From the sequence record PV874203.1: a stretch of DNA of 64,000 nt. One strand, written 5' to 3'. This document shows positions 22,319 to 31,652 of the stretch, piece after piece. The DNA is from a phage. The notes below the pieces were generated by a model that saw only the letters and a program-made list of their open reading frames with translations, was not told where the DNA came from and ran no database searches. Each line of letters begins with the position of its first letter. The stretch's first letter is position 1. The position numbers and the translations under genes were made by a program.

Positions 22319-23065
22319 TTAGAATGGGCTATCGTTGTCGTCTTCGTAAGTAGAAGCAGGCTCTTTATCAATCGTAGGGATTGAAGGAGTAGCTTCTTTC
22401 TGTTCTGTTTCAGAAGCACGAGTAATTTCACGACCAGCCAGAGGCATGTTCTTAGCATCATTAGCTTGAGTAAGCAGGTTGCGCTGGAACGGGAACATCA
22501 ATTGATAGGATGCTACGTTCTCATCGGTTTCAGCATATGGTTCGAAGAATACCAGAGGACTACGAGCTTCACCAACTGCTGCACGATATTTGGTTGGGAT
22601 TGGAGAAATGGTTTTGATGGAGTTTTTAACTTCACCGGCTTTGTTAGTGTAAGAGTTAACCAGAATGTTAACAGGCTGGCCTAACAGAACATCCTTGAAC
22701 CAAGACAGATCACCTTTCAGTGCTTGAATACTTGGGTCAATCATCTTGCAGAGATCAAGAATACCAGAGTTCTTAGCTCGTGGGTTTACATCATAGCTCT
22801 TGAACTGGCAAGCCGGACGTGGTTCTAATGCCTTACCATCGGAATCTTTACCAGTAGCATCAACACCAATCAGCTCGAAAGCCAAATCCATACGGAAAGC
22901 TGGATTCTTAGGAGTTACTGCTTTGGTCTTCGGGTCAATCCAAGGGTCTCGATTGTGAACACCCAAACCTACTACACGAACGATGCGTGCTTCGTACTCA
23001 CCATCAGGGATGATGTCGTAGTTGGATTTACGGGAAGAAGTTGCGATAGTTGGAATCATAGACAT
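22319..23065 (-). CDS. single-stranded DNA-binding protein
   Basis: 248 aa with acidic C-terminal tail ending ...YEDDNDSPF, the hallmark of SSB C-termini; lies in the replication block. Confidence 0.6.
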   Translation of the reverse strand: MSMIPTIATSSRKSNYDIIPDGEYEARIVRVVGLGVHNRDPWIDPKTKAVTPKNPAFRMDLAFELIGVDATGKDSDGKALEPRPACQFKSYDVNPRAKNSGILDLCKMIDPSIQALKGDLSWFKDVLLGQPVNILVNSYTNKAGEVKNSIKTISPIPTKYRAAVGEARSPLVFFEPYAETDENVASYQLMFPFQRNLLTQANDAKNMPLAGREITRASETEQKEATPSIPTIDKEPASTYEDDNDSPF

Positions 23066-23125
23066 ATTTTAATTTCCTTATTTAATTTTGAAAGATTGTT
23101 GCTCTCTTTGAGCGGTTATGTATAA

Positions 23126-23134
23126 TATACATTA
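23126..23134 (-). promoter_or_regulatory. TAATGTATA promoter-like motif (minus strand)
   Basis: Plus TATACATTA is the reverse complement of TAATGTATA, about 60 nt upstream of the SSB gene. Confidence 0.4.
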
Positions 23135-23186
23135 TAACTTTTGTAAGATAAGTATCATTTTATTGGTAGTAGATACTCACTAATGG

Positions 23187-23195
23187 TAATGTATA
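23187..23195 (+). promoter_or_regulatory. TAATGTATA promoter-like motif (plus strand) facing an ORF-free region
   Basis: GGTAATGTATATAAGG on the plus strand inside the 23066..23499 intergenic region. Confidence 0.35.
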
Positions 23196-23629
23196 TAAGG
23201 TAGAGTTAGAGAATAACTCTTGCACGGGACTGACGACGATAAGGCGCAGACGACAATCTCTCATAAGTTTGTAAGAAATTGAGAGACTACCGGAAGGGCA
23301 GGAGCCACCTGCGAGATAAAAATAGAGAATTAAGGAATCCTTGATTTAGGTTGTAGGGACTCCTAGGGACTTTGATTCTCTATTTAAAAGAATATTAATT
23401 ACTTACTACCTAAATAATTAACTAGCTTACTTAAACCAAATTCAAGAATAATAGATAAAAAGATTATTCCTAAGAAAGCTAAGAAGTAAAGGATATAAGT
23501 TACCATTCAAGTAAACCTTTAAAATTAGATTTTTCTACTATTCTCTGATAATGAAGATTAGAATCAGCTTGTTTCTTTAACATCTCATTATACCTATCTC
23601 TGATAGAGTCTTTATAAACTACAGGTTCT

Positions 23630-24133
23630 TTAAATAATGAGATCTTGTTCTTTTCTTCTTTCATCGAAAACCTTCCTAATCTCTTGCAGAGAAACAGCTT
23701 TATAATTAATTTGCTCCATTGATGTACAGAAATATCTCCAATCATCAATTACATGGTTATGAGTATGAGCATAAATATTAAACTTCCCTCTCATCTCATC
23801 AGAGTGAATAGGAATATGAGTTACCCAAAACTCTTTATATTTAAAGTCACCAGAGATTCTACGGAAGACTTTCATCATATCAGGGAGAAGTTCTAATCTG
23901 TCATGATTTCCTAAGACCAGATGCTTCTCTCCTCTAACTTCAGCGATGATATCAAGGGCATACTTTTCAAACACCCAATCACCTGTAAAGAAAACTTTAT
24001 CACGTTTGGTTACGTGGTCAAAAGCAGCCAGAATTGCTTTGTCATGCTCTTCAATGTTTTTAAATTGCTTACGAAAACTACAGATGTTGCGATGGCCTAA
24101 GTGACCATCTCCTGCAAAATAAACTTCAGCCAT
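23630..24133 (-). CDS. calcineurin-like metallophosphoesterase
   Basis: GDGHLGH, TGDWV and LGNHD motifs. Confidence 0.6.
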   Translation of the reverse strand: MAEVYFAGDGHLGHRNICSFRKQFKNIEEHDKAILAAFDHVTKRDKVFFTGDWVFEKYALDIIAEVRGEKHLVLGNHDRLELLPDMMKVFRRISGDFKYKEFWVTHIPIHSDEMRGKFNIYAHTHNHVIDDWRYFCTSMEQINYKAVSLQEIRKVFDERRKEQDLII

Positions 24134-24142
24134 AAAGACCTC

Positions 24143-24358
24143 TTAAATCAAGCATCCATCACAGGTTAAGTCACCTAATAGGGACAGGGAGAGTAATCTG
24201 GATTGTTCATCGCTGTACAGTTGATCAATCTCTTCTTTGAGTTTTGCCAATTCCATAAAATTAATAAGCTGTCCATGTTCTAGACAGTCTGTTTTCAATA
24301 TGAATAAAACATCAGCGTCTTTTGAATCTTCACTTGAGTATTTATCAATGTATTCCAT
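24143..24358 (-). CDS. hypothetical protein
   Basis: 71-aa ORF in a tightly packed array. Confidence 0.4.
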   Translation of the reverse strand: MEYIDKYSSEDSKDADVLFILKTDCLEHGQLINFMELAKLKEEIDQLYSDEQSRLLSLSLLGDLTCDGCLI

Positions 24359-24360
24359 TT

Positions 24361-24582
24361 TTATGCCACATCTCCTTGTTTATTGTTAATAACATCCAGT
24401 GCTGTATATGCTTTACCTGTTCCTAAGTATTCTAGAACTGGAGGACTTTTCTTCTCCTCAGCGACTACATAAGGTGTGATCTTTCCTTTCAGTACAGCCT
24501 GAGATGCTTTAGCGCTGTCTTCAGATGTGTGAACAGTAGTAAACCCTTTCTTTCCAATTCTATAAGTGTGAATCCAAATCAT
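24361..24582 (-). CDS. hypothetical protein
   Basis: 73-aa ORF, 2-nt spacing to neighbours. Confidence 0.4.
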   Translation of the reverse strand: MIWIHTYRIGKKGFTTVHTSEDSAKASQAVLKGKITPYVVAEEKKSPPVLEYLGTGKAYTALDVINNKQGDVA

Positions 24583-24594
24583 TTAATTTCCTTA

Positions 24595-25005
24595 TTAACG
24601 TATAACCAGAGGCTCTTCAGAGTACACAGGAGCGGCTATTTCTACAGGAGGTGCTGCCCTAAGGTCATTAAGTCTTACACCCTTCAGCATACCATCTAGG
24701 TGGTCCTTTTTGGGGATTCCAACAGGGAAATCGTCAATCCAGATATCTACAAAGAAACCTAACTGTCGACAAACCTCATCCTTCTGCACACCATTACAAA
24801 AGATGATAGGAATTTGCAAACACTCTGCATCAATCTTAATGTCGTGATTATCATATCCATTAGGCTCTGCAAAGCGATAAGTTACAAAACGTACATCATA
24901 ACCTTTAGCTTGCATTAATGTCACCACAGACCGCCACAGCTCCTTATCTGAGGTGTAAGTATCATCATAATCTAAACCGATATTCATGTCAAGTCCTTTA
25001 GACAA
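24595..25005 (-). CDS. hypothetical protein
   Basis: 136-aa ORF. Confidence 0.45.
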   Translation of the reverse strand: MSKGLDMNIGLDYDDTYTSDKELWRSVVTLMQAKGYDVRFVTYRFAEPNGYDNHDIKIDAECLQIPIIFCNGVQKDEVCRQLGFFVDIWIDDFPVGIPKKDHLDGMLKGVRLNDLRAAPPVEIAAPVYSEEPLVIR

Positions 25006-25219
25006 GAAAAGCCGCCCTAAGGCAGCTTCTTATTTAACTATTCACTTTAGCTTCAAGTGCTTCATTTTCGATACTCAAGTCAATCACTACGCCAGTAAGC
25101 TCAACGACTGCTTGGCGAAGGGCATCTTTACCCATAGAGTGTACTTGAGATAAGAAGAAAGCTTTACCTTCTTCAGTGGATAGGGTTTCTTTTAATTCAG
25201 AAGCAGTCATTGATATTCC

Positions 25220-25414
25220 TTATGTTATGTTATAAATTCGCATGATTGTACCACTATTGGCTTCAATAGCAGCAACCATTTGGTTTCGTTCTTCATCCGT
25301 GTAAACTAACACACTTCTAAACTCACCTGTTGCATCAGTATAAAGGATGTTGTATTTCGGAGGTGGCTTACGGTAGATACCTTCCATCATTCTTTCTCCT
25401 CTCGTTCTTTCCAC
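25220..25414 (-). CDS. hypothetical protein
   Basis: 64-aa ORF. Confidence 0.35.
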   Translation of the reverse strand: MERTRGERMMEGIYRKPPPKYNILYTDATGEFRSVLVYTDEERNQMVAAIEANSGTIMRIYNIT

Positions 25415-25570
25415 AGTTCAGCAAGTTCTAAATAAAACTCAGCTTCATCAGGACGTCCTTGTTCATTACAGATGGCGCTCTGGCGATAACACCAATCCGA
25501 TGGCATCTCTTCCACTTCAATCTCCTTGTTAAGAACCAATCAATAAGAATAGTTCATTCGTCTTATTTAT

Positions 25571-25765
25571 TCACTCTACCAATGCAGGTACTTCTATCCT
25601 TTTAACTGTGAATGTTTTGTTTGGAAACTTTCGAACTAACTCTGCTGCTTTGGTTATTGCTAAGTTCTCTGTCTCAAAGATACACAGTTGACCATTTAAT
25701 GCTACAAGAGTAGAGCCACCGCTGAAGACGGCCCAAGATTCATAATAACCACGAACACTCATCAC
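25571..25765 (-). CDS. hypothetical protein
   Basis: 64-aa ORF overlapping next gene by 4 nt (coupling). Confidence 0.4.
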   Translation of the reverse strand: MMSVRGYYESWAVFSGGSTLVALNGQLCIFETENLAITKAAELVRKFPNKTFTVKRIEVPALVE

Positions 25766-26130
25766 TCAACCTCAATATTATATAAAGATTTTAATGTATC
25801 TTTAACCCAAGAGATTCGTTTTTGGTTCTTATGATGTGCTCTGTTGTCCCTATCTCTGAAGTATTGATCACATCCAAAAGGATAAGTCTTGTCCAAGAAT
25901 TTATCCTGAGTGAACATGTTTTTCATATCATCTATATCTAGATGTTTTGTGAAATAATAATACCTCTTATAACAACGGAAGTTGAAACATAATCCATGAT
26001 CTTCGTTAAACCAAGGAGGGCACTCCTCTGTTTGAGTTATATGGTAGTATTGGAGGAGGAAGTCCTCCATCCCCCTCTCCTTGAATAAACACCTAAGTGT
26101 TCTGTAAACTATATTAGTTTCTTTCATCAC
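25762..26130 (-). CDS. hypothetical protein
   Basis: 122-aa ORF, Cys/His-containing. Confidence 0.45.
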   Translation of the reverse strand: MMKETNIVYRTLRCLFKERGMEDFLLQYYHITQTEECPPWFNEDHGLCFNFRCYKRYYYFTKHLDIDDMKNMFTQDKFLDKTYPFGCDQYFRDRDNRAHHKNQKRISWVKDTLKSLYNIEVE

Positions 26131-26135
26131 CTACC

Positions 26136-26288
26136 TCAATGGGTATGCATCCAATTCAATCCAATCTGACAATCAGATGCCAGAGGACATTCCATGTTCA
26201 AATACTCACCAGCCTTCTTAACACAAAGCTCGGTGTGCTCTTTGAGTTTCTGTACATCGTTACGATTAGCTGAGAACTGACCCTCATC
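26136..26288 (-). CDS. DNA polymerase C-terminal segment (3' exon; motif C and C-terminus)
   Basis: Minus-strand translation (M)DEGQFSANRNDVQKLKEHTELCVKKAGEYLNMECPLASDCQIGLNWMHTH aligns with the end of T7-type DNA polymerases (HDE...GPNWAICH); not in the ORF track because under 60 aa. Confidence 0.55.
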   Translation of the reverse strand, partial: DEGQFSANRNDVQKLKEHTELCVKKAGEYLNMECPLASDCQIGLNWMHTH

Positions 26289-26895
26289 CATTTATGTTAT
26301 TCCCAAATTACTTCGGGTATCGGACTATATCATAACAGCATAGCTAATTTGCTGTTGTTGGCGCTTCGAGGGTTTCCCTGTTAACCCCCTACTCCCGCAG
26401 GATAGTCTCTACACTTTCCACTTTCGAATCCATCTACAAGCGATTCCAAAGCTCACACCAAACCTTTCTGCAAGAGCAACACCAGTACATTCATTATTAA
26501 GCCAGAACTCTTTAGCAGCATCCTGTCTTTCTCTGTTTCTACCAGTATTTGATTCTATGGCATGTGCACTACCTTCTAAGATCTCTAGATGATCAGTGTT
26601 ACAACATGCCCTATTCTTGCATTTGTGGTTAACTTCGTAGCCGTCAGGAATGTTTCCAAACTTCTCTTCCATGACATACCTATGATACATGACCCATTTG
26701 CCATTTATCACTTTTCGAAAGTATCCATCTTTATTTAATTTGTGTGAGATAGGGATGATACATCCTGTGCTAGTTGTTTCTAGCACTAGATCTTTCTTAG
26801 CCATATCACCTCCTAATAGCTTAGCTCGGTATTGCCCTCAACTTAATGGTCGGGTTTCACCGAGTTCACCAACTTTTACATGCACAATGAAGTTT
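26289..26895 (-). mobile_element. putative group I intron in the DNA polymerase gene, carrying an HNH endonuclease ORF
   Basis: Upstream exon would end in U (…GAUAUGCAU), intron ends in G (…AUAAAUG) before GAUGAG; 3' part contains AGACUAUCCUGCGGG and AUGAUAUAGUCCG, matching conserved group I R/S elements (GACUA/UAGUC = P7). Boundaries approximate. Confidence 0.55.
26409..26804 (-). CDS. HNH homing endonuclease (intron-encoded)
   Basis: HRYVMEEKFGNIPDGYEVNHKCKNRACCNTDHLE HNH motif; strong RBS TAGGAGGTGAT; sits between the two polymerase segments. Confidence 0.7.
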   Translation of the reverse strand: MAKKDLVLETTSTGCIIPISHKLNKDGYFRKVINGKWVMYHRYVMEEKFGNIPDGYEVNHKCKNRACCNTDHLEILEGSAHAIESNTGRNRERQDAAKEFWLNNECTGVALAERFGVSFGIACRWIRKWKV

Positions 26896-28587
26896 ATGCA
26901 TATCAATTACCTTAGCACAACGAACCTTATCTCTCTCAATCCACTTGTTAAGGAACATCATAGCATATTTCATAACAACAGCACCAGCACATTGCAGGAG
27001 AGTGTTAAGTGCTTTATGAACCATAACCTTACCAGTGGCATCTCGTCTCATTGTAATCTTACGACCATCAACACCAATCAAGTACCCTTGAGCAGCTTTC
27101 TCTGTCATACGATCAATGAGGATTGCAATACATGGGTTCTCTGCCAAGAAACGTGCTCGCATCACTGAACCTTCGTCAGCCCCACCACCTACAATTGAAC
27201 CGAGCTTAGCATCACCAGCACCATAGTTGAATGCGTAGATAAATGTCTTAGCGTTGTCACGAGTAGGAAGACCAGCAAGTTTCTGGTTGTGGGAGTGTAT
27301 ATCACCTTCAAGGAGAATATCACGATACATAATAGCAGAAGCTAAACCACGTTCTGCCAGAGCTTTCTTAGCTGGATTGTTTTCTTCTATTGCTTCAGCA
27401 AGCATATCCCTACACTCTTTAATGAGGTAGTGTGCAAGCATACGCAACTCTAACCCAGAACCATCATACCCCAAGAATACTTCTTTACCAGCGGGTATGT
27501 AATATTTGTAAGCACCTACAGGTTTGTCTTTCTTCCCCGGCTTACCTTTCTCATAAATTACGTTAGTACCTTTTCGTATATAACAACCATCAGGAACAAC
27601 GTTAGTAATAACGAAAGGACGAGAGTGATCATCATCTGAGTTATAGTCAGATTCAAACAAACTGCGACACTCATGACCAAACAAACCACGGGAGGGAATA
27701 TTAACCACGATACGATGTTTGAATCGAAAAGTCGGCGTAGCGCAGCTGTTAGCTTCTGCCGAAAGTTTACCATCTTCGCGCTCCTTTGCTATAAGTCCAC
27801 TAATAAGACCTAGCCTGTGAGCCGCTACAACGCGTCTCTTAAGCAAACTTCCGACACTCCCTAGCTCACCCCCTAACCCTTCTTCAAGAGTCTCCTCGAG
27901 GTTTGTAGGGGCTGTAGGCCACTTGTTTGAGGTAGCTAGTGCTATCTTAATCTCATCAAAAGTAATAGGTCTACGTCGGTTAGGATTTAAACCTAAACCA
28001 AACACATAAGCCTTCATGTAGTTCTTAGTTTTAAACCGAAAATGCTTCTCTAAGAACTTTCTAATATCAGCGTCAACCATCTCGGCTGTCTGCTTCTGTT
28101 TAGCATTACCTCGCATCCAAGCTGAATACCATGCTTGGTATGTTCCATACTTTCGCATATCTTTCTTGATTTCAAAAGTATTCCAAGGTTTCTTTGATAC
28201 ATTAAACTCTGGAGGAAGAAAACCCTCATCCATAAGGGCTTCTTTAACTCGGGCATCTTTCGATGGGTCAAAGGCTACGTACTCTACACAGGTGAATGCT
28301 CCACCAATGTCTTCTCTCTTAAGTCCAACCCTATCACAATAGGCTTGAGGCCACTTCTGTAAAGCTCCAGACTTCTTAAATGGCTTCATATAAGTAGAGC
28401 CATCTAATCTCATCTTAGGTAAGAGAGGAATCAGTTCTTTGTCAATATTAACAATAATCTCTTTAAGGAGGTGAACATACCACCGAGCATTTCTTCGGTT
28501 GAAACTCACTCCGTGCTTCGCTTGCTTAGAGATTATATCAGCGACAGTCATCTCTGTCAAAAATGGGAGAGCGTCCGGGTTGCTCAC
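26866..28587 (-). CDS. DNA polymerase, family A (T7 gp5-like), polymerase domain; ORF runs into the intron
   Basis: RDNAKTFIYAFNYGAGDAKLG matches motif B of T7-type polymerases; ORF ends before motif C, which is supplied by 26136..26288. If spliced, the exon ends near 26896. Confidence 0.8.
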   Translation of the reverse strand: MSNPDALPFLTEMTVADIISKQAKHGVSFNRRNARWYVHLLKEIIVNIDKELIPLLPKMRLDGSTYMKPFKKSGALQKWPQAYCDRVGLKREDIGGAFTCVEYVAFDPSKDARVKEALMDEGFLPPEFNVSKKPWNTFEIKKDMRKYGTYQAWYSAWMRGNAKQKQTAEMVDADIRKFLEKHFRFKTKNYMKAYVFGLGLNPNRRRPITFDEIKIALATSNKWPTAPTNLEETLEEGLGGELGSVGSLLKRRVVAAHRLGLISGLIAKEREDGKLSAEANSCATPTFRFKHRIVVNIPSRGLFGHECRSLFESDYNSDDDHSRPFVITNVVPDGCYIRKGTNVIYEKGKPGKKDKPVGAYKYYIPAGKEVFLGYDGSGLELRMLAHYLIKECRDMLAEAIEENNPAKKALAERGLASAIMYRDILLEGDIHSHNQKLAGLPTRDNAKTFIYAFNYGAGDAKLGSIVGGGADEGSVMRARFLAENPCIAILIDRMTEKAAQGYLIGVDGRKITMRRDATGKVMVHKALNTLLQCAGAVVMKYAMMFLNKWIERDKVRCAKVIDMHKLHCACKSW

Positions 28588-28603
28588 TTTATACTCCTTT
28601 AAA

Positions 28604-29026
28604 TTATTGGTAAAGTAAATCTGTAAATGCTTGGTTATCTTCTATCACATCTAACACGGTAGCTTCATAGCTGTAAGCCCTAACCGCCCCGTTAACAACT
28701 ATCCGAGGAGTAGGTGGAGGTGGTGCATGGTTAGTCCTAGCTTCACGAGGTTGCTCTCGTACTAAATGAGCCACAACCCTTTGGTTAGCGACTTCTTCTC
28801 TTTCTCGGATAGCTCTCTGAATGTAAGCTAACTTCATACCCCAAGCTTCTTCAAACTCTTGAGGGTGCTTATCACTGATTACTACATACTGACGCTCAGG
28901 GATACCAGATCGAATCTCTGATAATAGCTCATGGAACAAATCCAGTTCATGTTCAGTGAGATTCATTTCAATATCATCCCACTTGAGAACTAAGAAACGG
29001 TTTTGATGTCTAGTCGGTAATGGCAT
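28604..29026 (-). CDS. hypothetical protein
   Basis: 140-aa ORF. Confidence 0.45.
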   Translation of the reverse strand: MPLPTRHQNRFLVLKWDDIEMNLTEHELDLFHELLSEIRSGIPERQYVVISDKHPQEFEEAWGMKLAYIQRAIREREEVANQRVVAHLVREQPREARTNHAPPPPTPRIVVNGAVRAYSYEATVLDVIEDNQAFTDLLYQ

Positions 29027-29183
29027 TCTACTCCACCTCTACTCTAACGTAAGTTCTCTCGCCCACATCATCTTTCCAGACCCATGCCTTGGCATCTTCT
29101 TCAGACTTAAAAACTTTCACAACGATGTATCCACCTTCCCATTCATCACCGCTCTGTCCTACGTAAACATATTCTTTCATTAT

Positions 29184-29468
29184 TTAACCTTTTGGGAATG
29201 GCATTAAAGATTCCATAGCATTTTTGATATCACTATTGATTCGTGCATCTCGATAAGAGATAAACTTACCTTTGCTATCACGGAACGTCACATGAGTTCT
29301 GGCTGTTTCGTAAGGAAGTAATCTAACACTGGTTGGGATAACATCAATCTCCACATAGAACTTGTCAATAGTCTTACTCTTAGCTAACAGATAAGACCAA
29401 GTACGTGGTTTCTGATCTGGGCGATTTGGGTATGTGTCTCGAATCTGAACCATAGCTAACTTATTCAT
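29184..29468 (-). CDS. hypothetical protein, tandem paralogue A
   Basis: Shares ...ARTHVTFRDSKGKFISYRDARINSDIKNAMESLMPFPKG with the neighbour. Confidence 0.5.
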   Translation of the reverse strand: MNKLAMVQIRDTYPNRPDQKPRTWSYLLAKSKTIDKFYVEIDVIPTSVRLLPYETARTHVTFRDSKGKFISYRDARINSDIKNAMESLMPFPKG

Positions 29469-29469
29469 A

Positions 29470-29721
29470 TTAAACTCCTTTAGGGAATGGGATGAGGTTT
29501 TCTACTGCAACACGGAAATCTTTCTCTACATCTTTATTCTTATAAGAAATGAATTTACCATCAGCACCACGTAGGATTACGTTAGTACGAGCTGTTTTTG
29601 GGTTATGACTAATCTGGTTTGCAATGATATTAGCAATGCCGTGATTATTGGTGAACTTCCATTTAACCATACGATTGTTAGACATTACATCAATGATATT
29701 TACAGATTTTACAATAGACAT
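29470..29721 (-). CDS. hypothetical protein, tandem paralogue B
   Basis: ...ARTNVILRGADGKFISYKNKDVEKDFRVAVENLIPFPKG; paralogue of 29184..29468. Confidence 0.5.
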   Translation of the reverse strand: MSIVKSVNIIDVMSNNRMVKWKFTNNHGIANIIANQISHNPKTARTNVILRGADGKFISYKNKDVEKDFRVAVENLIPFPKGV

Positions 29722-29749
29722 ATTTATTACCTAAGAAGTTTAATTTGGT

Positions 29750-29784
29750 TTATATAAAAGAAAAGGCCACCCATTTGGGTAGCC
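29750..29784 (-). terminator. rho-independent terminator (minus strand)
   Basis: Minus strand: GGCUACCC-AAAU-GGGUGGCC (one G-U pair) followed by a T-run. Confidence 0.55.
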
Positions 29785-29789
29785 TTATA

Positions 29790-30113
29790 TTACGATGAGC
29801 TTAAAGCTCCTTTTCGCTTAGCAGCACCAGCTGCTTTTCCAGCTCGATTACCACTTTTGCCGCCGTTTGAACGGTTTGAGCTGACTGATTCAATACGTAA
29901 GTTGCTTGACGCATTAGAGCCTCCAGACTTGACAGCTCGTTTGTGTCCAACATCTTTACCTCTGACAGCAGCTTTTCCATCGCGCTTTTCAACGATGCGA
30001 CGTGCACGGTGGCGCTGAGCATCTCCGCTCTTGCTCCCAACGCCTGTCTCACCACGGGCAATTGCGGTACGTCTTTCTTGTGCATAATCTCTCTTTCCTA
30101 CATGATCTGCCAT
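29790..30113 (-). CDS. small basic Gly/Ser/Arg/Lys-rich protein
   Basis: 107 aa; strong RBS TTAAGGAGTTTTAA-ATG; preferred over the overlapping alternative frame, which lacks an RBS. Confidence 0.45.
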   Translation of the reverse strand: MADHVGKRDYAQERRTAIARGETGVGSKSGDAQRHRARRIVEKRDGKAAVRGKDVGHKRAVKSGGSNASSNLRIESVSSNRSNGGKSGNRAGKAAGAAKRKGALSSS

Positions 30114-30139
30114 TTAAAACTCCTTAATATATCAGTGTA

Positions 30140-30148
30140 CACTAAGGA
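30140..30148 (-). promoter_or_regulatory. TAATGTATA promoter-like motif (minus strand)
   Basis: Plus TATACATTA about 30 nt upstream of the 29790..30113 gene. Confidence 0.4.
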
Positions 30149-30167
30149 GTATACATTATGGATGCTA

Positions 30168-30533
30168 TTAAAACTCTGCTAAGTATTTAATATCAGAGGC
30201 ATATACCTCATCAAAGGAAATAACTTCTCCATTGTAAAGAAGTTCTATCTTCAATATACCAGAGCATTTGGTGTCTTTAGAATCAACCCTGATAGAGAGT
30301 TTATCAACTATCTGAGCTTTAATCTCTTCTATTTCTGGCTCTTGAGTATACTCACTCCACCCTCCCGGTGGTACAAAATCATCGGGAACGTCAATGATAG
30401 TAGGTTCTCCATCATTCATGCAGGTATCTTCATTGAACTCTTCACACTCAAAGCATGCTCGTTCGATATTTTTGTAGAAGTCGATGGTTGCTGAACCATC
30501 ACCACAATCTCGGATAACTAAAGCGACTTGCAT
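30168..30533 (-). CDS. hypothetical protein
   Basis: 121-aa acidic ORF. Confidence 0.45.
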   Translation of the reverse strand: MQVALVIRDCGDGSATIDFYKNIERACFECEEFNEDTCMNDGEPTIIDVPDDFVPPGGWSEYTQEPEIEEIKAQIVDKLSIRVDSKDTKCSGILKIELLYNGEVISFDEVYASDIKYLAEF

Positions 30534-31273
30534 TTATCTTGTTCCTTTTCCATAGCTTTAACAATGGCCTTACAGAAACCAGAACGAACAATGTCATCCG
30601 ATTCTCCGTCTACAATCTCAGCGAACTCATATAGATCATGTTCATCAATAAAGTTAGTAGCCCAAGTAAGACCACTCTCACGACCACGCATATCATGCTG
30701 GTTAGTATCACCCATGCAGAACAGCTGAGAGGTTTCTCCCAATCTAGTCATGATTGAGAAGGCTTCATCTTTAGTGGTGTTCTGGAACTCATCAACGATA
30801 ACGATAGCATCATTGAAAGAACGACCACGGAGATATTCCAGAGGTACAAATTCAATGTTACTGTTACCGAGCTGGCATTCATAGAATCCCTTACCGTATC
30901 GCTGAGTAATAACATCAATGATAGGCATCAGATAAGGTTCAAACTTCTCGCGCATTCCTCCCGGAAGTAAGCCAAGAGAGTTACCCATGCCGACCGAAGG
31001 GCGACTCAGGATGATCTTCTGAATCTTACCACTCTTCAGTGCATCAATAACCGTGGAAGTGATTACAAAGGTCTTACCACAGCCCGCAGGAGCGTCTGTG
31101 AACACAACTTGCTTAGTCTTGATAGCATTGAGCAGCTCAGACTGGAACTGGTTCTGAGGGACTACAGGCTTTGCTAAAACCACCTCTTCAAACTCTCGCT
31201 TACCCTTACGAGTGACAAGTGCTTCCCGACGAAGGTCTTTCCGTGATTCTTTCCGTGATTGACGACGACTCAT
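30518..31273 (-). CDS. phoH: PhoH-like ATPase
   Basis: Walker A DAPAGCGKTF, Walker B IVIVDEFQNTT and TRLGETSQLFCMGDTNQHD match the PhoH family. Confidence 0.8.
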   Translation of the reverse strand: MSRRQSRKESRKDLRREALVTRKGKREFEEVVLAKPVVPQNQFQSELLNAIKTKQVVFTDAPAGCGKTFVITSTVIDALKSGKIQKIILSRPSVGMGNSLGLLPGGMREKFEPYLMPIIDVITQRYGKGFYECQLGNSNIEFVPLEYLRGRSFNDAIVIVDEFQNTTKDEAFSIMTRLGETSQLFCMGDTNQHDMRGRESGLTWATNFIDEHDLYEFAEIVDGESDDIVRSGFCKAIVKAMEKEQDKCKSL

Positions 31274-31467
31274 TTACGCTCTCCAATTTCTTCGTAATGA
31301 CATTCAGTAGTTAAACAATCTTTACAGATTGCTGTGTAAACCCTGACGTTAGTAAATCGTTTGTTCTTCCCTTTGGTTGGAGAGCCTTTAGCAAGCTCTC
31401 TGATAACCTTGTTACTTAAATGAAGGTTTGTCCCTTCACATCTAGAGCACTTCACCACAATGTCCAT
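31270..31467 (-). CDS. zinc-ribbon protein
   Basis: CSRCEG...CKDCLTTECH two CxxC pairs. Confidence 0.45.
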   Translation of the reverse strand: MDIVVKCSRCEGTNLHLSNKVIRELAKGSPTKGKNKRFTNVRVYTAICKDCLTTECHYEEIGERK

Positions 31468-31652
31468 TCAGTAAGAGACCACAGAGAGTCACCTATGCGG
31501 GCATTGTCATTCCTGATGAGATCTTTAATTTTATCCACATCAGTTAAGTGTGTTACGTTCAAGATATCCTTAACCTCTGGGGCATATTTAAATATGGCAA
31601 CAATACTTTTATGATCTTCAGCATATCTTTCTAGAACATAAACTACGCTCAT
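31452..31652 (-). CDS. hypothetical protein
   Basis: 66-aa ORF. Confidence 0.35.
   Translation of the reverse strand: MSVVYVLERYAEDHKSIVAIFKYAPEVKDILNVTHLTDVDKIKDLIRNDNARIGDSLWSLTEWTLW

Noticed and set aside
29801-30085. Alternative 94-aa minus-strand frame overlapping 29790..30113
   Set aside because: No Shine-Dalgarno before its ATG, whereas the 107-aa frame has AAGGAG at optimal spacing; only one can be real. Retained as a possibility at low weight.
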